Shown here in pieces: positions 10,496 through 18,840 of a stretch of 64,000 nt of DNA. A program made the translations under genes and the position numbers. This DNA is from Ichthyobacteriaceae bacterium. Its GTDB lineage: Bacteria > Bacteroidota > Bacteroidia > Flavobacteriales > Ichthyobacteriaceae. Each line of letters starts with the position of its first letter. The stretch's first letter is position 1. The notes beneath the pieces were generated by a model. That model saw nothing but the letters and a program-made list of their open reading frames with translations, did not search any database and was not told where the DNA came from. The stretch spans positions 119,916-183,915 of the forward strand of contig CBDDCQ010000001.1 in assembly GCA_965226285.1 (NCBI GenBank). The letters are read 5' to 3'.

Positions 10496-10747
10496 TGCTT
10501 AATTATCCAATTATCAATCGAAAGCTGAGAATACCAAATTTCCATTTCGCTTGTATTTGGCTAATAATAGGCTACTATTATAATCGACAAAACGGAATGT
10601 TACTTTTGAAAAAAAATATGTCAATAGACGTTCTATGGAAAATATTTATTACTCTATTCCAATATTCCACAGTTTCTTTGTCTCTTTCGAAAACACTTTT
10701 CCAATAGGTTTCGTAGTCATATACATTACGATGGAAAAAGTAATTTT

Positions 10748-11203
10748 TCAATAATTCGGCACATACTTAATACAAGAAAACTCTCCGTTGTTTAAAATTG
10801 TTTGACTGTCTAACTTGTCTGGATTTACATTGTTTTCGAAAAATTTGTAGGCTCCAATAATATTGTCCGTAATATCGTATCTTTCAATTTCTCCCAACTC
10901 TTTTAGTTCCACGAATGTTTGAAACGAACTAATAAACTTGGAATCGCTGTTGTTATGCCATAAAGCAAATTTCCCGTGTTGAGCTCTAAAATGTCTGTCA
11001 AATAAATAATTGTTGCCAGTTTTTAGACACAGAACTTTGAAGAAAATATTTAGATTCGTTAATAAGTTTTGTTCTCCACCTCGTCCATAATTGTTATCAA
11101 TTAAAGTTTGAACATCGACAAAAATTTCTGAACTTGTGATTAGCTCTTGTTTTAAGGTTATAGTACCTAATGAAGTAGGCTTCTTAGAAGCAGATTCCAT
11201 CAT
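10748..11203 (-). CDS. Hypothetical protein (largest piece of a possibly fragmented gene)
   Basis: 151-aa ORF with no motif I recognise. Open frames in other phases continue on both sides (see findings). Confidence 0.4.
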   Translation of the reverse strand: MMESASKKPTSLGTITLKQELITSSEIFVDVQTLIDNNYGRGGEQNLLTNLNIFFKVLCLKTGNNYLFDRHFRAQHGKFALWHNNSDSKFISSFQTFVELKELGEIERYDITDNIIGAYKFFENNVNPDKLDSQTILNNGEFSCIKYVPNY

Positions 11204-11425
11204 TTCTAAAAATCTTTTCCCTGCGTCTTCGCACCAAACATAGGTTTGAAAAAAAAAACGAAATTTTTAAAACTCGTTTTCCGTTAAAAATTTCACTTAT
11301 TCTTTTTGTTGCTTCCATATTATTATTCATTCAATTTATTACTGTCATTTGTCGTTTCTTGTGCCTAACGTTTTTCATTGCATTATTTTTTGGTCATTAG
11401 GTGTACAATTATTATAATTGGCTGT

Positions 11426-12271
11426 TTATTTTTTCCACTCCTTTAAAAGTTGTTCATTTATAGAAATTAAATAGTTATTATTTACTCTTTTTGCAATAGA
11501 TAGAGACTGGTCAATGGCTTTAAATGCTTGTGTAGCTTCTCCTAATTTATAAAGGATCATGGCATAACTTCTATAATCCCAAGCATTGGGGGTTTCACGA
11601 AGTTCTATAACTAACTCTTGTAATTTCCTCGCTTTTTCCAGTTCAACCCCTTTTTCATAATAATAAGATGCCGCAATGGAATAGTCTGAAGCATTTTGAG
11701 TAAACTCTTTTTCTATAAAATCCTCCATTAATTGATCTGTAAAAAATTCAATAGGAATTTTAACCATTGTATTTTCCCAACTTATTCCCAAATTAGCTGT
11801 TGTCCGAGTCAAATCATAAAAATTAATTGTCAATGCCTCTTGAGGTTCTTTTAACCTATGAACTTTTGCTTTAGTAAGATAGATAAGTTTAGCGTCATCT
11901 ATGGGTCTGGGCAAACCCCAATTATTGGAATCTTTGTAAAGATATATTTCCCAATAATCTTTCATAGGTTTGGTAAATAATCCATACGTTCCCGCAGATA
12001 CATCTTTACCCGAAATTTTCACTTTATGGCTCAATGATAATTTTGTATTTTCATTAGCTCCAGTACGCCACATTTTTGCATAAGGTACAAGACCCCCAAA
12101 AATTTTCCTACCCCTGATTTGAGGTCTTGAAAATTCTACCGTTACATCTGTTACGCCAACTCTTTGCTGAATCTTTTGGGCAGGACTTACCCTCAAACGG
12201 ATGAGTTGAGCATTTAATAATGTAGTATTCATCAATGATACTACAAAAAATATTAAAATAGTTCTATTCAT
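11426..12271 (-). CDS. DUF2911 domain protein with C-terminal TPR-like region
   Basis: Signal peptide, then the characteristic VPYAKMWRTGANENTKLSLSHKVKISGKDVSAGTYGLF segment. Confidence 0.7.
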   Translation of the reverse strand: MNRTILIFFVVSLMNTTLLNAQLIRLRVSPAQKIQQRVGVTDVTVEFSRPQIRGRKIFGGLVPYAKMWRTGANENTKLSLSHKVKISGKDVSAGTYGLFTKPMKDYWEIYLYKDSNNWGLPRPIDDAKLIYLTKAKVHRLKEPQEALTINFYDLTRTTANLGISWENTMVKIPIEFFTDQLMEDFIEKEFTQNASDYSIAASYYYEKGVELEKARKLQELVIELRETPNAWDYRSYAMILYKLGEATQAFKAIDQSLSIAKRVNNNYLISINEQLLKEWKK

Positions 12272-12464
12272 TTTTTTTACATTTTTAATTAAACATTAGA
12301 ATATATTACTTTTGCTTTATATCAAAATCTTAGAAAGTAAATTCAAAGCAAAGTAACACGAAATTATTTAAGTTTGCTAATTTAGTAAATATATCTTAAA
12401 TTAACTAATCAGAAATTCAAATCCAAACAATACATCATAGAAGCTACTCAATAACCAATTTACG

Positions 12465-14564
12465 TCAACTGATATTACTCCAAATATCATTTTTCTTTAG
12501 AGACTCATAAACTGTTTTTAATATCCTGTTTTTTTCTAAATTCATTAAAGGATCTTCGTTTAATATTTCTATGGCTTTGCTTCTGGCAAGTGATAATATA
12601 CTTAAATCTGTAGCCAAATTAGCTATTTTAAGTTTAAGTATGCCACTTTGTTCTTTACCTTCTAAATTACCCGGACCTCTTAATTTCAAATCTGCATCAG
12701 CTACTTTAAAACCATCATTAGTTTCTACCATAGTATTTAACCGCGTTTTAGCTTCCTGCGATAATTTATAAGAACTCATCAGAATACAATACGATTGCTT
12801 TGCTCCTCTACCTACTCTACCTCTTAATTGATGCAATTGTGATAACCCAAATTTTTCAGCATTCTCTATGACCATTACAGAGGCATTGGGTATATTTACT
12901 CCTACTTCTATCACTGTGGTGGATATCATAATTTGCGTTTCGCCTTTGATAAATCTGTTCATCTCAAAATCCTTATCCTGCGCTTTCATTTTTCCGTGTA
13001 CAATACTTATTCTGTAGTCTGGCAATGGAAAATATCTAACTATATTGTCATATCCATCCATTAAATTTTGGTAATCTAATTTTTCAGATTCTTCTATAAG
13101 TGGATATACAATATATATTTGTCTGTCTTTTTCTATCTGTGTTTTTATAAAATGGAATACTGAAAGGCGTTTATCCTCATATTGGTGTATGGTTTTTATA
13201 GCTTTTCTATTGGGAGGTAATTCATCTATCACGGATATATCGAGGTCTCCATATAAACTCATAGCCAAGGTTCGAGGTATAGGAGTAGCCGTCATCACTA
13301 ATATATGAGGTGGTAAAGTATTTTTTGTCCACATTTTGGCTCTTTGTTCTACTCCAAATCGGTGTTGTTCGTCTATAATAGCAATTCCTAAATTTTTAAA
13401 CTGTATTTTTTTCTCCAACAACGCATGGGTGCCCACTATGATATGAGTATGTCCTGTGACTAAATCTTGGTGTATTTGTATTCTCTTTTTTGTTGGAGTA
13501 GAACCCGTAAGCAAATCTATATTCAAATTTATTCCTTTTAGGAGAAGGCATATTTCGTTAAAGTGTTGAGTAGCTAAAATCTCCGTAGGAGCCATGATAC
13601 AAGCCTGAAATCCATTGTCTATTGCCAATAACATACTTAATAATGCTACAATAGTTTTTCCACTACCTACATCTCCTTGAATAAGTCTGTTCATATGTTT
13701 AGCAACACTTACATCTCTACGGATTTCTTTTACTACTCTCTTTTGTGCATTAGTTAGTTCAAAGGGTAAATATTCCTTGTAAAAATTATTGAAATAATCT
13801 CCTACAACTTCAAATTTATAGCCTTTAAAATTCGTTTTATGTGTTATTTTTTTAGAGATGAGTTTGAGCTGTATATAGAATAACTCCTCGAATTTGAATC
13901 TAAAAATAGCTCTTTGCAAGGAGGCGTTATTCGATGGAAAGTGCAGCTCAAAAAAGGCTTTCATCCTATTTTCTAAATCTAAGTTATGCAGTAAATACTC
14001 CGGTAAAGATTCATGCAAATGCTCTTGTATTTGTTCTAAAAGATGCTGTAGTATCTTTCCAAAAAAATTACTATTGATATAATTTTTCTTTAACTTTTCA
14101 GTGGAGTGATATACCGCTTTTAACCCTATATTTAATTTGTTTTTATGGTCATCTAATAGTTCTAACTCAGGATGTATGATATTTATGCCTCCTAAAAATG
14201 ATGAAAGTTTTCCGAATACTACATAATTTTCATTGAGTTTGATACTGTTTTTGAAAAAATTTGTGCCTTTGAACCAAACGAGTTCCAATATTCCAGTATC
14301 GTCTATAAGTTTAGCGACTAACCTTTTACCCCTCTTTTGCGGAATTTCTTTTAGAGCAATTATTTTTCCTATAATCTGTACATCTGTCTGAACATTTTTA
14401 ACCTCTGATACCTTGTAGTATTTGGTTTTGTCCACATATCTATATGGAAAAAAAGTCAGTAAATCTATATAGGAGGATATGCCTAACTCTTGTCTTAATA
14501 ATGTAGCTTTTTTATCGCCTACACCCTTTAAAAACTCTATGGGTTTGTGGAGTATATTAGACAT
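12465..14564 (-). CDS. recG: ATP-dependent DNA helicase RecG
   Basis: 699 aa with an N-terminal wedge/OB region, Walker A GDVGSGKT, DEQHRFG, and helicase C motifs QLRGRVGRG. Confidence 0.95.
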   Translation of the reverse strand: MSNILHKPIEFLKGVGDKKATLLRQELGISSYIDLLTFFPYRYVDKTKYYKVSEVKNVQTDVQIIGKIIALKEIPQKRGKRLVAKLIDDTGILELVWFKGTNFFKNSIKLNENYVVFGKLSSFLGGINIIHPELELLDDHKNKLNIGLKAVYHSTEKLKKNYINSNFFGKILQHLLEQIQEHLHESLPEYLLHNLDLENRMKAFFELHFPSNNASLQRAIFRFKFEELFYIQLKLISKKITHKTNFKGYKFEVVGDYFNNFYKEYLPFELTNAQKRVVKEIRRDVSVAKHMNRLIQGDVGSGKTIVALLSMLLAIDNGFQACIMAPTEILATQHFNEICLLLKGINLNIDLLTGSTPTKKRIQIHQDLVTGHTHIIVGTHALLEKKIQFKNLGIAIIDEQHRFGVEQRAKMWTKNTLPPHILVMTATPIPRTLAMSLYGDLDISVIDELPPNRKAIKTIHQYEDKRLSVFHFIKTQIEKDRQIYIVYPLIEESEKLDYQNLMDGYDNIVRYFPLPDYRISIVHGKMKAQDKDFEMNRFIKGETQIMISTTVIEVGVNIPNASVMVIENAEKFGLSQLHQLRGRVGRGAKQSYCILMSSYKLSQEAKTRLNTMVETNDGFKVADADLKLRGPGNLEGKEQSGILKLKIANLATDLSILSLARSKAIEILNEDPLMNLEKNRILKTVYESLKKNDIWSNIS

Positions 14565-14594
14565 TGTAATATTAAAATGCTAATATACAAAAAA

Positions 14595-15158
14595 TTATCT
14601 TCTAGTAACGTCAAGCAATTCCATCTCAAATATCAGTACTGTATTTGCGGGTATATTGCCATACCCTCTTTTTCCATACGCTTGCTGAGAAGGAATACAC
14701 AAAATGGCTTTTCCAGTGTGTTTGTATTTTCCTGTAACTTTATCTTTTATACCCGATTTCATCTTTTGTATTCCTGTACGCCATCCCTTAATTACGCCAT
14801 CTAGTTTAAACTCAGTGGGGTATCCAGTTTTTGTGCTGTCATCAAATACTAATTCGCTTACATACTGTCCTGTATAATTTACTAAAACTTTATCATCTTT
14901 ATCTGGAGAAATGCCTTTTCCTTTAGTTATTTCGTAATAATATATACCGTCTCCATCTCTTATAGCTTTTTTATAAAGGGATTCGGCAGTCTTGCGGTCA
15001 TCTTCATCTATGTACTTTATAGAACCATTGATATATGCATGTGTCTTCAAGTACTTAACGATTGCTTTTTCATCATCTTTATTCTGCTGTTCTATACTCC
15101 AATTGTCTCCACAACTTATTTGTAATAATATGAGTAAGAGAAATATTAATTTTTTCAT
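14595..15158 (-). CDS. FKBP-type peptidyl-prolyl cis-trans isomerase lipoprotein
   Basis: Lipobox LLQISC/GD. The FKBP core is VLVNYTGQY..FDDS...P.EFKLDGVIKGWRTGIQKMK.G....ILCIPSQQAYG...IPANTVLIFEMELLDV. Confidence 0.9.
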   Translation of the reverse strand: MKKLIFLLLILLQISCGDNWSIEQQNKDDEKAIVKYLKTHAYINGSIKYIDEDDRKTAESLYKKAIRDGDGIYYYEITKGKGISPDKDDKVLVNYTGQYVSELVFDDSTKTGYPTEFKLDGVIKGWRTGIQKMKSGIKDKVTGKYKHTGKAILCIPSQQAYGKRGYGNIPANTVLIFEMELLDVTRR

Positions 15159-15673
15159 TTTTCTAATTTTTTTAAGATCAAGTCACTATAATCATATTTC
15201 TTATTTGCATATAGCATAAGTAATTGGCTGGATTTATCAAACATAAAATCAATTTTTTTATCTTTTACAATTTGCCTTACTACATTCCAAATCCTATCTT
15301 GTATGGGTTTTACTAATTGTTGTCTTTTAGCAATGAGTTCACCTTCAGGTCCGAACTTTTTTCGTTTTAAATTTTCTATATTTTTTTTTGCTGTGTCTAT
15401 TTCTAATTCTCTTTCTTCTAGCATATCCTTAGTAAGTAATACTTTATCTATATTGAGATTTTGTATCAATTTTTCTAGTTTTTCTTCTTCTATTGCCACT
15501 TCTGCCCACCATTTCTTAGACAGACTGTTTAATTTGTCTTGCGCTTCTACATATTCAGGAATATTTTCAAGAATATATTCTGTATCTACATATCCTATCC
15601 TTTGCTTTTGAGCATGACATAATAGAGTTGTGGTTAATAGTAATATAAGACTGTAATACCTCAATTTTATCAT
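15155..15673 (-). CDS. OmpH/Skp family periplasmic chaperone
   Basis: Signal peptide MIKLRYYSLILLLTTTLLCHAQ and a K/E-rich coiled-coil body, immediately downstream of bamA. The start is set at ATG 15673 rather than the bamA-overlapping 15757. Confidence 0.85.
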   Translation of the reverse strand: MIKLRYYSLILLLTTTLLCHAQKQRIGYVDTEYILENIPEYVEAQDKLNSLSKKWWAEVAIEEEKLEKLIQNLNIDKVLLTKDMLEERELEIDTAKKNIENLKRKKFGPEGELIAKRQQLVKPIQDRIWNVVRQIVKDKKIDFMFDKSSQLLMLYANKKYDYSDLILKKLEK

Positions 15674-15680
15674 TCTTAAC

Positions 15681-18224
15681 TTATATATTTCTACCAAATA
15701 TAAAATGGGTTTGCCATCCAGATATAGTATTTTTATCAGAAGCATTGTCAAATCCATAACCTATATCTATCCCTAGGAGCCCTAGCATAGGTAGGAATAT
15801 CCTAACGCCCATTCCTGTAGATCGCTTGAGTTCAAAAGGCTGATAATTATCAAAATCATCGAATGAAGCACCTGCCTCCACAAAACTAAGTACATAGATA
15901 CTTGTAGTAGGACTTAGTGTAATAGGATACCTTAACTCAAAGGTGAATTTATGATACATTGTACCTCCTCTTGAACTAGATAAACTATTGTTATCATAAC
16001 CTCTAAGAGCTATAGTTTCTCTACCATCTCGCCCATATTGATTGATACCATCACCTCCTACATAAAACCTTTCGAATGGAGATAAACCTACCTTAGGATT
16101 GTAATATTTCAAAAAACCTGCTTCTGCATTGGTTTTGAGTATTAGGTCTTTAAATATTTCAGTGTACCAGGTACCTTTTACATTTATTTTATAGTATTCT
16201 AACCATTTATATCGGTTTTGATTATACTCTTCTTTTTCAGCTTCGGTAGCGTCTTCTCCAGGGTCTTCATATACATTATTAAACATATATGAGTAAGGCA
16301 ATGTGACTTTTCCAGAAAGTAAGAATTCAGAACCTTGTTTGGGATATATAGGGCTGGGTCCAGATGAGTTTCTACCCAATGTGATTTTATAATTTAAATT
16401 ATTAGAAAAACCATTCTCGAAATCAAATAGATAAAAGGAAGAGTAATTATCTAGCACATACCTTTCGTAGTTGATGTTATGAGATAGGATAAAATAATCG
16501 TCAGGCCATTCTAATCTACTTGTGATTCCTATCCCACCACCAGTGATGTATAGTTTTTGTGAGGTATCCTTACCTCCTTTTATTCTAGAGTATGGTGAAC
16601 GCTGAGAATGGAATAATGAAACGGAAAACGCAGTAGGTTTTTCTCCTCCCAACCAGGGTTCAGAAAAAGATATACTATAGTGCTCAAAATAGTAACCCAT
16701 TTGAGTTTTAAGCGATACTGTTTGCCCATTACCTAATGGAAAAGGTCGCCAGGCACTAGCGTCAAACACATCTTGTATCGCAAAATTACCAAAAGAAAGC
16801 CCTACACTTCCTATAAATTGGTTGCCTCCCCATCCTCCTTGCAATTCTACTTGACTATTAGATTTTTCTACTAAAGTATATTTAATATCTACAGTGTTGG
16901 TTACAGGATCTGGTATAGGGTTCAATCCAATATTTTCAGGGTCAAAAAATTTCATCTGAGCAATTTCTCTAAAAGTTCTTTGCAAATCACTTTTTCTAAA
17001 TAGTTGTCCGGGTTTGGTTCTTATCTCTCTTAATATTACATGATCTTTGGTTCGTGTATTACCCTCTATAATTATTTTTTTGATGGTAGCAGGTTTTCCC
17101 TCGTGTATTCTTATTTCTATATCTATAGAATCGTTTTCTACTTTTGATTCTACTACAGAAACATTGGCAAATAGATAACCATTGTCTAAATACCAAGATC
17201 TGATATCATCATTGTCTGTACTTCCAGTAGCTCTTTCTTGTATTAAACTAGTATTATATATATCACCTTTTTTAATTTTCAACAAGCGTTTCAGAAAATT
17301 GGTATCGTATTTAGAATTTCCTACAATAGATATATTTCTATGGTGAAAACGATTTCCTTCGTCTATAGTCAATTGAATGTTAATCTTATTGTCTTTTACA
17401 TTATAGATACTATCCGATACGATCTTTGCATTTCTAAAGCCTTTTTCCTTATATAAGTCCAGTATTTTTATCTTATCATCTTCATAGTCGTCTTTGATGT
17501 ATTTAGAAGAGTTAAACCACTTCCAAAACTCCCAAAACCGCCAAGAATTGCTCGCAAAAGTATTTTCCATAGTATTTCTAAGTTCTTGCCCATCTATGGA
17601 ATGGTTATTTTTAAAGGTAATTAAATCTATTTTTACTTTTTCTCCTAAATCAATATTTACTTTTAATTTAGATACATTCTTTTCTGTTATTTCATCATCT
17701 GCCACAGCAGTTACATCTACTTTAGTGTGCAGATAACCATCTTTTATAAACTTGTTTCTAATATAGTTTCTACTATTTATAATTAGGTTTTCTGTAATCC
17801 TTTTACCTGAATTGAGACCTAATTCTTTGATGAGATCTTCTTGATCTCCTTCATCTATCCCTTCGAAATCATACGATGATAATCTTGGAAATTCTGTGAT
17901 CACAATTTCTATATCTATAGAATCATTTTTTGCATTAGAAGCATATACATTTACATCTTTAAAGAGTTGTTGTTTCCAAAGTTTTTTTACTACATCTGTT
18001 ATCTTTTCTCCGGGTATATTTATTTCTTGGTAAGGAGTGAGTCCAGAGAATGAAATAATTGTTTTAGATTCAAATCTAACGGTACCTGTAACGGAGATAT
18101 CTCTTATGGTATATGTTTGCGGTTTTTCTAAGGTTGCTTCATTTACATTTTGCCCATATATATATGATGTAAATAAATACAATATAAAGCAAGTGTAAAC
18201 ATTAAAACTTTTGAACATAAGCAA
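15681..18224 (-). CDS. bamA: Outer membrane protein assembly factor BamA
   Basis: 847 aa with a signal peptide, repeated POTRA-like units, and a C-terminal beta-barrel with aromatic-rich strands. Confidence 0.93.
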   Translation of the reverse strand: MLMFKSFNVYTCFILYLFTSYIYGQNVNEATLEKPQTYTIRDISVTGTVRFESKTIISFSGLTPYQEINIPGEKITDVVKKLWKQQLFKDVNVYASNAKNDSIDIEIVITEFPRLSSYDFEGIDEGDQEDLIKELGLNSGKRITENLIINSRNYIRNKFIKDGYLHTKVDVTAVADDEITEKNVSKLKVNIDLGEKVKIDLITFKNNHSIDGQELRNTMENTFASNSWRFWEFWKWFNSSKYIKDDYEDDKIKILDLYKEKGFRNAKIVSDSIYNVKDNKINIQLTIDEGNRFHHRNISIVGNSKYDTNFLKRLLKIKKGDIYNTSLIQERATGSTDNDDIRSWYLDNGYLFANVSVVESKVENDSIDIEIRIHEGKPATIKKIIIEGNTRTKDHVILREIRTKPGQLFRKSDLQRTFREIAQMKFFDPENIGLNPIPDPVTNTVDIKYTLVEKSNSQVELQGGWGGNQFIGSVGLSFGNFAIQDVFDASAWRPFPLGNGQTVSLKTQMGYYFEHYSISFSEPWLGGEKPTAFSVSLFHSQRSPYSRIKGGKDTSQKLYITGGGIGITSRLEWPDDYFILSHNINYERYVLDNYSSFYLFDFENGFSNNLNYKITLGRNSSGPSPIYPKQGSEFLLSGKVTLPYSYMFNNVYEDPGEDATEAEKEEYNQNRYKWLEYYKINVKGTWYTEIFKDLILKTNAEAGFLKYYNPKVGLSPFERFYVGGDGINQYGRDGRETIALRGYDNNSLSSSRGGTMYHKFTFELRYPITLSPTTSIYVLSFVEAGASFDDFDNYQPFELKRSTGMGVRIFLPMLGLLGIDIGYGFDNASDKNTISGWQTHFIFGRNI

Positions 18225-18840
18225 GATATTTAGATTCTAAGTATTTTTAAACCATTTTTTATGATAAGCGGCGGCAAACATACAAAATTTATTTAACATC
18301 AGATGACCTATCATCACAACTCAATACTAATTTATAAAACAAGACTATTAAGTCTTAAATTATTAAATCTATCACCTCCGAACTGTCTTATAATAACCAT
18401 TAAGTGTAACTTTTTAATTTTAAAATGGTATAAGACTATTGCGAAGCCAAGGGGTATGAAAGTTTTTATATTTTTTACACAAAACATAATTTATTGATTT
18501 TTAATATTTTATAATTTTACACTAAAAATGTAAACAATTTTACAATTAGTAAAATCACGACTTTAACAGAATTATAATTATTACCGTTATCACACTTCTT
18601 TATATCAGGAATTAGGAGTTTACACACCTTATAGAGGCATTAAAAAAAATTAGGTTATGATTTTTTAATAAAAAAATGTACCTTTGTCCATATATTAACC
18701 GTTCGTAATGTTATCAAATTTAATACATACCCATAAACAACGAAAAATAAGTTTTGATTTAGCTACATTGCCAGAAGTAATACGCAGGAGATGAGAAAAA
18801 TTTGTCAAATAGAGTAATTTTGGGAGAATAAAATATTTCT

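Noticed and set aside
10474-10707. 77-aa plus-strand ORF after the tRNA.
   Set aside because: It starts inside the tRNA terminator hairpin, has no recognisable features, and overlaps the minus-strand gene remnant.
18303-18497. 64-aa ORF in the bamA-GH116 intergenic region.
   Set aside because: The region is AT-rich and low-complexity. The ORF has no promoter or RBS context or motifs and is probably a chance open frame.
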